64,000 bases of DNA from IMG/VR virus record IMGVR_UViG_3300038760_000071, positions 1 to 64,000 of that record, one strand, 5' to 3'. This DNA comes from a virus. Each line of letters opens with the position of its first letter. Positions within the stretch are counted from its first letter, which is position 1. Shown here in pieces: positions 11,004 through 22,394 of this stretch. The translations under genes and the position numbers were made by a program. Under the pieces are notes generated by a model, which saw only the letters and a list, made by a program, of their open reading frames with translations, was not told the DNA's origin and ran no database searches.

Positions 11004-14000
11004 GAGTAGTCCTTAAATTGAATTTCATTTATCTTAATGCCAACAGGTAGTATATCCTTAGATTCATTTAAGATATTTGCCTTTATTTGCGATCTTATCA
11101 CCTCATCAGTTATATTTAGGTTTTTAACCACTATATCGATATTTTGACTAGAGTTATATCTACCAAGTTTAAAGAATCTCTCTATTTGTATCTTATTATT
11201 TCTTTGACTGCTGGGTATAGAAAGTACGAGATCATCTATCTGCTTATTTTGTAAGTATAGAGCATGAATGGTGTTAGTATCAACAGCTTTATCAAACACT
11301 GTAATATTTTTTAGTTCTAAATCCTTTATATAGTAATAACCAGGCTGTCTTATATATGTTGAAAGATCCAAACCATTTTGAAATCCTGTAGAACCTATAT
11401 ATAATTCATCAGTGAATATATCTTGTATTTGATACTTACCTGCAGGTAAGGTCATATTTTCATACAATCTACCATTAATATACAGTGTTGAGTTACCTTG
11501 CAAACTATCAAACCTATATGTGAATGTATGATATCCAGCGTCAATTGTAGTAGTATCAAATGATATTGTTTGAGTTAAACTATCTTCTCGATCTAGGTAA
11601 TTCTGTAATGTGAGTTTGAAATCAATTGACATACTATCATACAATCGATTAATATTGTTATAATTCGTTAGTGGTATATTATAGGTGTTTTTAGTCTTAA
11701 CTGCCGCCGTGTCTAGTCTAGTAGCTACTTTACCTCTAGTGAGATATAGCTGATTATTAATACCTGCGCATAAATACACAGGATATTGCACTTTTGATCC
11801 ATTAATATATTCATTGACAAAATCAATTGAAATTATACTACCACCAGAAAGTGGTAAAAGTAGCTCATCCCCCTCTACTGTATCAAAATTAGCTGAGAGC
11901 TGAAACACTCCATTGGTGTTATACTCATACATTGTATTTTCTGTCGCGATGTATATAATATTATCCTTAACATTAATATCTGTAATTGGTGTGGCTGATT
12001 TAAGAAATGCCTGAGGTTGAGACCTCAAATCATGTTTAACAACATAGTTACTAACTGTATAAAATATAGTTTCATTGTTTTCCCACCTTAAATTGGTACC
12101 AGGTAATTTAAAAAGCGTATCATTTACCTCTACAATATTTTCATAGATTGAAAACTCATTTTTATAAACATCAAACTCAGCAGCAGTCAAGGGTGTAGAT
12201 TCTAAATTATTGACGTTGAGTTTATTAACCTCACCAGTAGATGATATAAAGCTAATACTATCTGTCTCTTGATAGCTGCCGAGATAATCAGTAATCCTAG
12301 AATTACACTCTAATCTAACCTTATTACCCTGTGGGGTAACTTTATAGAATAAATTACCGCTAGTTGCTATAGTGTAATCTTCCAGTGCACCCCGTTTGTA
12401 TATATCTTTAATGTTTGTCTTGAAGTTAACTTTATTAAGAAGTACAAATTTGGAATTGTATATATACAGCACATTACCACTAACGACATGTATAAATGGT
12501 GTGACTGTTTGATCCTGAAAAACACCAAACCCTTGGTTAGTGTTGTTACCTAAAATCTGAAACCCATATTGTTTATTTGGATCTAGATAAGTATCAAAAG
12601 AAATAGTAAATGATTTGCTATTATTAATTTTTTCATACACACTCAGCTTAGAAAATATTGTACCATTATAATACAGACTATTTGAATTATACGGAATGCA
12701 TGTATTTTCAGTCTCTCCTCGTAAGATACGTGAAGAGAAATAATCTGTAAAGGAAGATACGATAGGAGATTGAGTGCTTATTATATCTTTGATACTATCA
12801 AGTCCTACCCTCTCATATCGTAGCGAAATGTTTGGCACTATAGCAAGATCACTTTTTTTATCAAAGAATTTTCCTCTAACCAGTTTAGTATTTGGTATAG
12901 CAATTGCGGTCGCGTCCACACTATCATAAAATGATGGTGTGTATCTTGGTATACTTGATAATGCTTGTATTTTAGTAAGTTTATCAGGGTAATAATATCT
13001 ATCAACCCACACTCCATCACTATTAATATTATCAGCTGATAGCCAGGTGCATAAGTACCTACCATTCTGATATATACCACTAGTAGTTCTTTTAGTGTAT
13101 ACTTTATCCGCTAGCAGTGGTGATGGTCCTGCAAAACTGCCGTTTTGTGAAAAGGTAGTATCATTAATATTCAACCTGCTATATGGGTATATAGCAGAAG
13201 GTGCGTTAAAGTAAGTATCTGAACCATTTTTAATAAACACATCTTTATCATAAAATGTATAGTTGAGATTTATTTTTTCAGAACCCCTCTCTTGCTCAGC
13301 GCCAGTGTAGAATGTATTATATGTCCTATAATCATAGCTACCAATACCGCCTGGGGTTTTGAGCATATTACTACCTCGTTTAATAAAATTGAATTCTGAT
13401 CTATAGGTATCTGTAGTAAAGTAATTTAGTGGAAAGCTAGCTGAGGATATTGTGTTATAATTTGTCTGAAACACATACTGGCCTACATCATCAAATGAGC
13501 TATTAAGTGTATCAATTTTAAGGCTGTTGAGTTTTTCTGATTTATAGCTTACAAAACTGTTATTGAGAGATAGTTTAGATTTTTCTAATGAGTAATCTAT
13601 ATGAATTAAATTATTCAGTGACCTGTTGAGCCCACCCGTTTGCATCTCTGTAAATACAACAGTGTTACCACTTAATGTTAGTATATTAAGACTATTGTTT
13701 ACAAATTTATATATCTGTAAATAACCATCACTATCAATAGAGTACCTAAATACATCATTGTTTTCTGCTGTAACATCGTCTACATCACTTATATAGTTGT
13801 AGAAAATAACACCGTTTGTGTCTGGATTATAATTTAAAAAATAATCCCGCTTACCACTATTATGCTTAATTCGAGCATACTTATTATTAAGCATCTCTAA
13901 CTCAAAATAGAAGTTGTTTATATGACCGTTTAAGTCGTTAAAGGTCTTAAGACCTACCTGCTTCTGCTCATCAGTGGCAGATAGGCTGTTTGATGAGAAT

Positions 14001-14308
14001 ATGTATAGATAGGCAGGGTTTAGACCAGTTCCCCGTTTAAAGTATAATTTAGAAGTTAAGGTTGTAGCTGGAAGTTGAGATAAGGTGGATAATTGTATGA
14101 AGTTTGTTAAGTTATCCTTATTTGTTAGATATAAATTTGAATAATTATTTATCCTTACATCCCTAGCACCAGAAAGTGCAGTGATATTATTAATATAAAA
14201 TTCTTGCTCGAGTGGAGATCTTTGTTGATTTATCTGAACAAACTTATCAGCAAAATTCGCAGTAGGGAATGCAACTGAGCTTACTGATCTGTTATATGTA
14301 CTTGACAC
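11000..14308 (-). CDS. Large virion structural protein, LamG/ConA-like segment
   Basis: 1102 aa, beta-rich; GYHTFTYRFD..STLYING..LYIG motif. Confidence 0.55.
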   Translation of the reverse strand: MSSTYNRSVSSVAFPTANFADKFVQINQQRSPLEQEFYINNITALSGARDVRINNYSNLYLTNKDNLTNFIQLSTLSQLPATTLTSKLYFKRGTGLNPAYLYIFSSNSLSATDEQKQVGLKTFNDLNGHINNFYFELEMLNNKYARIKHNSGKRDYFLNYNPDTNGVIFYNYISDVDDVTAENNDVFRYSIDSDGYLQIYKFVNNSLNILTLSGNTVVFTEMQTGGLNRSLNNLIHIDYSLEKSKLSLNNSFVSYKSEKLNSLKIDTLNSSFDDVGQYVFQTNYNTISSASFPLNYFTTDTYRSEFNFIKRGSNMLKTPGGIGSYDYRTYNTFYTGAEQERGSEKINLNYTFYDKDVFIKNGSDTYFNAPSAIYPYSRLNINDTTFSQNGSFAGPSPLLADKVYTKRTTSGIYQNGRYLCTWLSADNINSDGVWVDRYYYPDKLTKIQALSSIPRYTPSFYDSVDATAIAIPNTKLVRGKFFDKKSDLAIVPNISLRYERVGLDSIKDIISTQSPIVSSFTDYFSSRILRGETENTCIPYNSNSLYYNGTIFSKLSVYEKINNSKSFTISFDTYLDPNKQYGFQILGNNTNQGFGVFQDQTVTPFIHVVSGNVLYIYNSKFVLLNKVNFKTNIKDIYKRGALEDYTIATSGNLFYKVTPQGNKVRLECNSRITDYLGSYQETDSISFISSTGEVNKLNVNNLESTPLTAAEFDVYKNEFSIYENIVEVNDTLFKLPGTNLRWENNETIFYTVSNYVVKHDLRSQPQAFLKSATPITDINVKDNIIYIATENTMYEYNTNGVFQLSANFDTVEGDELLLPLSGGSIISIDFVNEYINGSKVQYPVYLCAGINNQLYLTRGKVATRLDTAAVKTKNTYNIPLTNYNNINRLYDSMSIDFKLTLQNYLDREDSLTQTISFDTTTIDAGYHTFTYRFDSLQGNSTLYINGRLYENMTLPAGKYQIQDIFTDELYIGSTGFQNGLDLSTYIRQPGYYYIKDLELKNITVFDKAVDTNTIHALYLQNKQIDDLVLSIPSSQRNNKIQIERFFKLGRYNSSQNIDIVVKNLNITDEVIRSQIKANILNESKDILPVGIKINEIQFKDYS

Positions 14309-14342
14309 TACCTTTATTTAATTGCAAACTTGGAGTTAAAAC

Positions 14343-14864
14343 TTAATTTCTCTCCAATAGTGTAATGTATGTTTGCTTATTATACTTACTTTGAAAGTTA
14401 GCAACAGTATTTGATGTTAAGTGATGAACCTGTGTATTTATAATTGATAGTTGCTTAATATTATCATAATATGACTCATGTACCAATTTAATGGGTTGAT
14501 AGACATGTGCAGAATATCCATTACTAAAAAATATTAAGAATTGAGCTGTGAGATTTGTAAAAAATGAGCTACTATTTGGGGTATATGTATGGTTACGTGT
14601 AGAGAGTATTGTACCACCCAGCTTCCCATATAACATTTCTGTAAATATGGAATTCTCTTTATAATCATATACCAACTCTTTAGAGTAATACTCTGTTTTT
14701 GAACCATCGCCCCAGTCTAAATCTAGATCTAAAGCTGATACTACAGTCTCCTGAATACCAGTAAGTATAAATTGAATGGTGTATGTGCCCTTAGCTATAA
14801 TTTCATCAAGCACTAGTGATGTATCTTCAGTTATAGATGTTAAACTTGTGTAAGATGTTATCAT
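14343..14864 (-). CDS. Virion protein, PKD/Ig-like
   Basis: LDWGDGS...HTY motif. Confidence 0.55.
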   Translation of the reverse strand: MITSYTSLTSITEDTSLVLDEIIAKGTYTIQFILTGIQETVVSALDLDLDWGDGSKTEYYSKELVYDYKENSIFTEMLYGKLGGTILSTRNHTYTPNSSSFFTNLTAQFLIFFSNGYSAHVYQPIKLVHESYYDNIKQLSIINTQVHHLTSNTVANFQSKYNKQTYITLLERN

Positions 14865-17809
14865 ATAGTTAAGTTAAAATTAGTATTATCAATTGTATAT
14901 GAACTATATCTAGATGACACTGTTGCAAATTGTGTTGATTGTCCAAATGTTGTAGATCTAACACAACTTTCTAATGTGTTATACTTATACATACTCTTAA
15001 GAGCCATTCCACAATTATTTAGCTCAAACTCAGCATCATATATATGAGTTAGTTCGTTTAAATCGTTAACAATATAGGTAAGCTTAAACACATTATTTAA
15101 TTTATTGTATGTTAAAAATGGTGTCTGTATTTTTTCAGCCGCAAAATTATTATTTATAGTACCAGATAAGCTAGTTCGGAATGAGCTCAATGTTTGTTCT
15201 GTAGATTGTAGTGGAAATAATTTGCTATAGTTACATGTATGTGTGTTATAAACATATATATTTGGGACAATATACCAGTAATTTTTTGCAACTGCTGATG
15301 CAGAAGTAAACGATGTTGAAATCGTCTCAAATATAGTAAAATATATACTATCTGTACCTTCTATATAAAATCTATTTGAAAACTGATTTGTTTTAACAGC
15401 ACTATTAATAGAAAACAGTGTATTTTTAGTATTGGGTATCTCAAATACTCCATTGGTGTATGCTATTTTATCAATAGCTAAATTATTTGGTGTTTGCAAC
15501 ACTATACAATCATTAATAACATCAAAATCAACAGTGTTATTGTATATATCATTCTGTACCGCGGTACTATACTTAGATAGTATGTTTGAAAGAGCGGCTG
15601 AGATAGGTAGAGATTGTGAATATCTCTGATTTTTGATATATATCTTACCTGTCAATCTCTTTTTATCTTCATTGGTTAACACTACACTCTCTGAGGTGAG
15701 CGAAGATAAGACAGTTAGTGAATCATCACTAACATCATCAAGATATATGTAATCATCTGCATAGTTAAAGGAATTCTTTAATGATATATCATCAGTAAAA
15801 TACCCACCATTATAATACTTGTATTGATCACCAGCTGATAGGTAATATTTAATATCTGTTGCGAAATTAAATTCATAATTATTACCACCAAGCTCGAACA
15901 GATCATCCTCGGTAGCAATATTTGAGAGTGGGGATTGCTCTGTTCCAATCGAGTCTAAGATTGGAAATGTCCCTTCAGCTAGAATAGTATAATAATAGTT
16001 GAGGGGGCCAGGCCAATTTGGATCAAACCCAGATAAGGGTTCCGGTAGTAACGTGTTATCTAAAAAGGCAAATGCCCCACCATCCCTCCATATAGGGTTA
16101 ATGCTTCTAGTTCTTTGAATTAATTCTTGATATGGTGTAAACTCCCTAAAATACATGTAGAGATCAGGATCTACAGTGGTAAAGCCATCTGTGTAAGATG
16201 ATAGTCCTGATCTTATAGAACCATTTAATGAACCTGTGAGTGAGTAGTTAAAATTGTGTCCTTCGATATCATCAAAAAACTCATAACCATCTAATAACAG
16301 GTTTAGTACAGTATTATTTGTTTTCTCCTCTAAAGGTTTTAGAGGTTGGGCTTTAAATAATGCATACTCATTACCATATGGATCAAACTGGTATTTGTCT
16401 ATTATACCCTCTTCATACAAATCTGTAAAATTTAAATTGTAACTTAGCTCATTTAAAATTGATAACTCATCAGAGTCCCGCTCTTTAGTGTTATATGGCT
16501 CAAATGTTGTTGTTTTGTGAGTAATATAGGGGTCACCTGATGCTATACCACTAGATGCATTTCGAATATTCTTTCTATTATCAATCTTAAATGTAACTGG
16601 ATAAGCACTTTGCGGATTAACCGTAACATTACCATACAATTCCGGGTCTGGAAAAATATAAACTTTATTATTTTCTAGATCCTCTACATTAATTGTATAT
16701 GTATAATTATCTGCATTTAGCTTGAAGAGCCCTATATTATCAGGTTCGAAAAATATACCAACATCTCGCAATAAGCGTATTTCATTACTTTCTACAGTTG
16801 CTGTATCTGCAGTTTGTAGGTTTAATAGGTTATTTGTAGGTGTATCTGCTTGTATTAGTAATCCAGAGGTAGGTGGGAATGATGTGGTATCTATATAATA
16901 GATGTCAGTACCGATATATTTCTCTAGTAACCTTCTCTTAAGAGCATATATTTTTGATTGACTGCACCCATCTATAGTGTTGTTGTTAATGAGTGTATTA
17001 AGTGGATTCTCCGGATTACATATTGGGTCAAATGTATTAATTGTTAGTTTGGGCGGGTTAATACTAAATGATCTTATACTTTCTAGAAAGCTAGTAGATG
17101 TTAAAGCATCTATTGCATCCGGGTCTAAAAAATATTTTGATTCAATATCATTAATATTACTATCATATATCTCTTCGCGAAGACCATCATCTGTTGTTGT
17201 TCTCGGTAAATCAAAATAGTTGCTATATACATCAATATATTCTTCTATATCTATATTAAAATTTGCAGCAATTGTATCTACATCATATGTCTTAGAATGT
17301 AATGTATCTTCCGCGGTAATTACAAAGTTATATATGTTGTCAAAAATTGCTTTCTCTACACCAGTTTTACTACCTTTAATTTTATTACGCTCAATTACAT
17401 ATTTGCTTTCATCCCGCTTCTTTTTATAAAACAGAGCTATATCTTTTAGTTTGTTTGCAAAAAAAGGAATCGCGATGTCTAAATCAGCAGGGTCGTTAAA
17501 GTTAATTTTCTGTAAGAATCGTTTTTCGCTCTCAGTAGTATAATTAACTACTATTTCTTGAATAAACTCCTTATAATAGTTTTTAAATTGCGTGAGTTGC
17601 TCTGCCTTAGATCCGCCCTGTTTTGAATACCAGAGTTTTAAATATTTGTTATAGAAGGAGCTATATTCCTCTGGAGTATAGTCAACACGTGTATATGTAA
17701 TGAAATCGAGAAATGATAGTGGTGCAATACTATCTCGAATATCATCTTGAGGTGTTGAGTTAATAATAGAAAACCCAACCTCAACCGTTTTATAATTTTC
17801 ACCTGCCAT
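14861..17809 (-). CDS. Large virion (baseplate-region) structural protein
   Basis: 982-aa ORF in the baseplate operon; no specific motif recognised. Confidence 0.55.
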   Translation of the reverse strand: MAGENYKTVEVGFSIINSTPQDDIRDSIAPLSFLDFITYTRVDYTPEEYSSFYNKYLKLWYSKQGGSKAEQLTQFKNYYKEFIQEIVVNYTTESEKRFLQKINFNDPADLDIAIPFFANKLKDIALFYKKKRDESKYVIERNKIKGSKTGVEKAIFDNIYNFVITAEDTLHSKTYDVDTIAANFNIDIEEYIDVYSNYFDLPRTTTDDGLREEIYDSNINDIESKYFLDPDAIDALTSTSFLESIRSFSINPPKLTINTFDPICNPENPLNTLINNNTIDGCSQSKIYALKRRLLEKYIGTDIYYIDTTSFPPTSGLLIQADTPTNNLLNLQTADTATVESNEIRLLRDVGIFFEPDNIGLFKLNADNYTYTINVEDLENNKVYIFPDPELYGNVTVNPQSAYPVTFKIDNRKNIRNASSGIASGDPYITHKTTTFEPYNTKERDSDELSILNELSYNLNFTDLYEEGIIDKYQFDPYGNEYALFKAQPLKPLEEKTNNTVLNLLLDGYEFFDDIEGHNFNYSLTGSLNGSIRSGLSSYTDGFTTVDPDLYMYFREFTPYQELIQRTRSINPIWRDGGAFAFLDNTLLPEPLSGFDPNWPGPLNYYYTILAEGTFPILDSIGTEQSPLSNIATEDDLFELGGNNYEFNFATDIKYYLSAGDQYKYYNGGYFTDDISLKNSFNYADDYIYLDDVSDDSLTVLSSLTSESVVLTNEDKKRLTGKIYIKNQRYSQSLPISAALSNILSKYSTAVQNDIYNNTVDFDVINDCIVLQTPNNLAIDKIAYTNGVFEIPNTKNTLFSINSAVKTNQFSNRFYIEGTDSIYFTIFETISTSFTSASAVAKNYWYIVPNIYVYNTHTCNYSKLFPLQSTEQTLSSFRTSLSGTINNNFAAEKIQTPFLTYNKLNNVFKLTYIVNDLNELTHIYDAEFELNNCGMALKSMYKYNTLESCVRSTTFGQSTQFATVSSRYSSYTIDNTNFNLTI

Positions 17810-17822
17810 TGTTATTATTTAT

Positions 17823-19901
17823 TTAAAATAATTCTAACCCATCATATAAAGCATTAGCTAATATGTTTGATACAATACCGTTGTCTTTTGACCAATCATT
17901 GTAAGAAGTTAAATTACGTGTTAGTGTGTTGTTAGGATCATTAAAGTTGATAACAGAATCTACTACCAAACGATCACTAGAAGCCATTTCATAAAAATTA
18001 TATATATCAAATATGTCTTTACCACCACCAGATAGTAATGGCCAGCCCCAAGTTTCATTATAATCACTTAGTATATAGTAGTCTGTGCTAAGGTCAGTTC
18101 TAATGGTTGGAGGATTTGAAGCACTAAGGGGCAAATATGTGTTAATCTGAATATACTTACCGCTATATTTTTCGAACGCTACTATATTGTTGCCTGGTAC
18201 AGCACTAGAATTGAGAGTTAGTGTACTACCCAAATTTGTACCGTAGTATTCATTATTTGCATATCCAAATGTTAAATAATTTTCTTGATTTATATTATAC
18301 TCACCAAACAAGCGAGATTTACTAATTGAGAGTAGATCAATTAACCTAGACAGTTTTGATGGTATAGAGAATTTATTTAAAGATGCTACATCTAGACTTT
18401 TTAAGATTGCTGATAGTTGATCAATATTAGCATAGTCAATTATTGTATTATTATTTTGAAAGTTTTTAATCTTCTCATATGTGCTCTTACCAATACTATC
18501 TTGAGCAGAACTCAAATCACCAAATATTGAACCAATAAAATCATTCATTAATATAGTGGTATCAGTAAAGAGTGGTTGTATAGCAACATCTTTAAAAACA
18601 TCTGTAAAATCAATATCTTCCCCTTGCTTGGCTATAATATAATAGCTACTAGGATATACTGTAAATGTGTTACTAGTACCGGTGATCATGTTACTATCAT
18701 ATAAATAGTTTGCTGACAAATACACATTTTCAAGGGTTGCTGTATTTGTTGTTGTGAATGTACCTTTATAAAATCCTCCTATGTCTAGATCGGCTAGATC
18801 TAAAAAATTGGATGTGAAAACGGTATTATAATTTGTGGTACCATCTGTTAGCACAATATTTAGCGGTGAGCTAGGAACTGCACTTAGAAGCGGCATGTTT
18901 TTCTGAGTAAAATACTCACTATCTTTAACTCTCACCACAAATGCAATTTTAGTGTTTGCAAATTTGGTATCATTTATATTAAAGATGTTAAGTTGTGATC
19001 CTTCACCATCTACACCATTAGATGAGAATACCAAGCTATCATATGATGTATTTTCTACAATATTTGCAGATATACCATAGGTAGTGGTGTTAGCAGATTC
19101 AAATATACTACTCTCTTCAAAACCAAATAATAGATTATATTGTCCAGTTACATCACTCTTAAAATATGTGGTTGCCAAGCCTGATATTCCGGCAAAAACA
19201 GCACCTGAGGCAGTTGCAGAGGTGTGAACTAATTCTTTTGAATCTGTTAATTTAACATATATATCTGTATCTACGGTCGTGATAGTATCCACTTGTATAG
19301 GCTCAATAATACCATTTGTTGTTAAGTATTGGAAAAAAGTAAAGTTGGGGTATACGTGCCCGTATGTCTTACCCGCTAACCCCTGGGCAAAGTAACCGTA
19401 GTTGTAATCATTACCACTAGATATATAGGGAGTAATGGTGGGCGATGTACCTGTTGATGTAGTTCTCGCCGAGTTATATCGCTCAATAGTTATTGGGTTC
19501 TTGAGTTGACCTGTTTTATGATTTATATCTGCATTTGATGAAATTTGAAGCTTATCTTCCACGTAATCAAATATATCAATATTGGTAGAAAATATATTAT
19601 GATAACTAATACCATCACCATCATATAGATAACATGTTACTTTGTATTGACCTGGTTTAGAGTACGCATGTGTAGCTGAGATTTGCTTTGATATGGTACC
19701 ATCTCCAAAATCCCACCTCAGAGTTTTATTTGAAATAAACTTCTCAATACCATCATTTAAGACAGGTTTAAAATAGAGTGGTGTGATAGGTAACGCGTAG
19801 CTGCTATAGGCTTGCGTGCCAGTATAATTCTCTACATAGAAAAAGTTATATAATAAACTAAAATCACCAGAGTTATCTAATTGTATAGCATTGAGTGCCA
19901 T
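17823..19901 (-). CDS. PKD-domain baseplate-region protein
   Basis: WDFGDGT..ATHAYSKPGQYKVT is a canonical PKD motif; directly follows gp6. Confidence 0.7.
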   Translation of the reverse strand: MALNAIQLDNSGDFSLLYNFFYVENYTGTQAYSSYALPITPLYFKPVLNDGIEKFISNKTLRWDFGDGTISKQISATHAYSKPGQYKVTCYLYDGDGISYHNIFSTNIDIFDYVEDKLQISSNADINHKTGQLKNPITIERYNSARTTSTGTSPTITPYISSGNDYNYGYFAQGLAGKTYGHVYPNFTFFQYLTTNGIIEPIQVDTITTVDTDIYVKLTDSKELVHTSATASGAVFAGISGLATTYFKSDVTGQYNLLFGFEESSIFESANTTTYGISANIVENTSYDSLVFSSNGVDGEGSQLNIFNINDTKFANTKIAFVVRVKDSEYFTQKNMPLLSAVPSSPLNIVLTDGTTNYNTVFTSNFLDLADLDIGGFYKGTFTTTNTATLENVYLSANYLYDSNMITGTSNTFTVYPSSYYIIAKQGEDIDFTDVFKDVAIQPLFTDTTILMNDFIGSIFGDLSSAQDSIGKSTYEKIKNFQNNNTIIDYANIDQLSAILKSLDVASLNKFSIPSKLSRLIDLLSISKSRLFGEYNINQENYLTFGYANNEYYGTNLGSTLTLNSSAVPGNNIVAFEKYSGKYIQINTYLPLSASNPPTIRTDLSTDYYILSDYNETWGWPLLSGGGKDIFDIYNFYEMASSDRLVVDSVINFNDPNNTLTRNLTSYNDWSKDNGIVSNILANALYDGLELF

Positions 19902-19917
19902 ATATTAATATTTAATA

Positions 19918-21744
19918 TTACAATCTCTGAATGGTAATTTTATTGGCTATATTTGTAATCTCGTAGAAATAAGCAAACTCAAAATCATTTAATTTGTAGT
20001 TTCTATTAACAACTATATTATCTTCGCGCCGATAGCTAGGATTCCACACGACAAAGCTTAAATTCGATACTGACACATTTCCATTGACTGTCTCTATACC
20101 TGTAATGCCATCAATCGCAAAAATATCTTGTGCGATACTAGATGTATCAACAACATCACCTAGCTCCACATTTGCAAAATATTTTTTAAATATATTCGAT
20201 ATAGATGTTTTAATAGTATAATCATTACTAGCAGTATTAGTATCGATAATTATCTTAAGATACGAGTTATTAATAATATTATCAACATTATCAGCTGCTA
20301 ATGAACTAGTAACACCAAAACTAAAAGCCTTAAATATTGGGTCCGACATCACAACATTATGTGTAATATCCTTCTTATCATGACAAAAATCCGCTATCAG
20401 TTGTTTTTGCGACGGGTTTAAAAAGTTCGGTAATTGACCATTAATAATGGGTTGATTTGCTGGTAATGTGTATACATACACATTATTAAAATTAGTTGAT
20501 GTTGAAAAATCAACCTGACTAGTTAATATCCTACCATTATCATTTGGTGTCTGTAACCCTATCCGCTTATAGTATGATAGGACCTTGCTAGTATAATCAT
20601 CATTTGATATAACCTTTACTTTTTTTGTTATATTATTAAAATGTCTATTAATTTGAGCTGTATAGTCATTAATGGTTACTAACCGATTTTGAGTAGAGAA
20701 TATCTTAGGCGCATTTAGTCTAATATTATCAACAGTCTCAGCTTTTTTAATCGGAGTCGATCCAAAGTTGTTATCAACTAATAAATCACTAAGCTGTTCT
20801 GGACCTACCAACCTGGTATTGCTATCATATATATAATTTTTTATCGCGTTAAATACTGGTGAGGTATAAAGGTTGAACTTCTGGTCTCTAAGTATATTTT
20901 TACCAACAACACCCAACTGATTATCAGATACCATATAAAAAATAACTATATTTTGGCCGGTTGCTAATTGTTTACCGTTATTACCATTACCAAATTTAAA
21001 CTCGTAATTACCACTTGAGTTAAACTGCTTTTCGTAATAATTGCATCCTGTATCTACGAGAAATAGTGATGTTGTCTCGATCCATTCTTCCCATGCCCCT
21101 GTATCAGCATGTTGTGTATATATACGAAATGCATTATCTGATATAAATTTACGATCATCAATATTGCTAACACTCTCAACAACTTGTTGTGAGGTATATC
21201 GATCAATGAGGGTTAATATCTCATATGGTTCACCGCTAGCAGTAAATGTTGCTTCTTTAAGTGTGCCTTCAAACAAAATATCAGTATCAATTGATACTGC
21301 TTCAGTAGTGGCTACCGTCTTTTGAAAAATAATATCGTCTAAAACATAGTAGTTGACACCTGCCACCGGAACATATGAAAACCTAGGTAGGGTGTATAGC
21401 TCTTGCGATAAGTTTGCTGCAGATAGGCTAAAGTTAATTATTGACGTTTGATCACCTAGAGGCTTGTAACCAATATTTGACACAAGCTTGTTCATATTTT
21501 CATACAATGTAGCGGTGGTAAATGTTGATTCGTTTGAGGTGGTGTTTAGATAAAACAGCAAAACATGATACATGTACGCAACTACATCAATAAAGGCACT
21601 AAAATTAGATCCCTCGAAGTTTTGATCTGTAAATGTACCGTTTTCATTTAATCTTTCGATTATCAGGCTTTTGAGCGACTCCGCATCAAAGCTAAGATAG
21701 GCATTTTTCGGTAATTTATAATCTGTTAAATTTTCTAAACTCAT
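19918..21744 (-). CDS. gp6: Baseplate wedge subunit (T4 gp6-like)
   Basis: FTDQNFEGSNFSAFIDVVAY, ESTFTTA, IGYKP, FGNG..G, QNRLVT..DY motifs. Confidence 0.88.
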   Translation of the reverse strand: MSLENLTDYKLPKNAYLSFDAESLKSLIIERLNENGTFTDQNFEGSNFSAFIDVVAYMYHVLLFYLNTTSNESTFTTATLYENMNKLVSNIGYKPLGDQTSIINFSLSAANLSQELYTLPRFSYVPVAGVNYYVLDDIIFQKTVATTEAVSIDTDILFEGTLKEATFTASGEPYEILTLIDRYTSQQVVESVSNIDDRKFISDNAFRIYTQHADTGAWEEWIETTSLFLVDTGCNYYEKQFNSSGNYEFKFGNGNNGKQLATGQNIVIFYMVSDNQLGVVGKNILRDQKFNLYTSPVFNAIKNYIYDSNTRLVGPEQLSDLLVDNNFGSTPIKKAETVDNIRLNAPKIFSTQNRLVTINDYTAQINRHFNNITKKVKVISNDDYTSKVLSYYKRIGLQTPNDNGRILTSQVDFSTSTNFNNVYVYTLPANQPIINGQLPNFLNPSQKQLIADFCHDKKDITHNVVMSDPIFKAFSFGVTSSLAADNVDNIINNSYLKIIIDTNTASNDYTIKTSISNIFKKYFANVELGDVVDTSSIAQDIFAIDGITGIETVNGNVSVSNLSFVVWNPSYRREDNIVVNRNYKLNDFEFAYFYEITNIANKITIQRL

Positions 21745-21833
21745 AGTGAACCTGCTATCTATATTTATGCCGGAAGTTACTGATTGCCGATAAGGATAGT
21801 CTAAAGCATAACCATCTTTATATTAGCTCCTAG

Positions 21834-22319
21834 CTAAACAACAACATACCCTTCTTTATTTAGCGTGGCGTTGAACGATAAATTGTAAATATCTAGTGTT
21901 GGTATAGAATACTCTATTTCTATTATATACGTATTATCGTCAGGACTACCTTCAATTAAAACTGATTTTAGTGTTATTCTAGGCTCCTGCTTTCCTAAAT
22001 TTTCATATATAGCAACAGCGATAAAATATGCCGTTGTTTGTGTTATCGACTCAAATAAATAGCTTCGAAGATCTAGCCCAAATAGGGGATTTAATAGTTT
22101 TTGTCCGGGAGTGGTTGTTAAAATATTTTTAACAGAGTTAATTACCGCACGACCATCTTGTAACTCGTTTAAATCTCTAGGCTCTTGTGTTGAATATAGT
22201 TCAGGTCTATTAAATTTAGATAAGTTTAAATCAAATTTAATATCCTTATATAGATATCCCTGCTCTAGAGTTTTTTTCTCTAAAGTGTTTTGCTCGATAT
22301 TGTCTAATCTTATTGCCAT
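21834..22319 (-). CDS. gp25: Baseplate wedge subunit (T4 gp25-like)
   Basis: SVKNILTTTPGQKLLNPLFGLDLRSYLFE...EPRI motif. Confidence 0.9.
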   Translation of the reverse strand: MAIRLDNIEQNTLEKKTLEQGYLYKDIKFDLNLSKFNRPELYSTQEPRDLNELQDGRAVINSVKNILTTTPGQKLLNPLFGLDLRSYLFESITQTTAYFIAVAIYENLGKQEPRITLKSVLIEGSPDDNTYIIEIEYSIPTLDIYNLSFNATLNKEGYVVV

Positions 22320-22366
22320 TAACTTTGTACCCTTCCATAGTAGTTTTTATAACGTGTATGTGGCAT
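22319..22366 (-). CDS. Putative 15-aa leader mini-ORF coupled to gp25
   Basis: TAAATA-tacat-ATG gives MPHTRYKNYYGRVQS; its stop overlaps the gp25 start (TAATG). Confidence 0.4.
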   Translation of the reverse strand: MPHTRYKNYYGRVQS

Positions 22367-22394
22367 ATGTATATTTAGTCTGTATACTATATGA

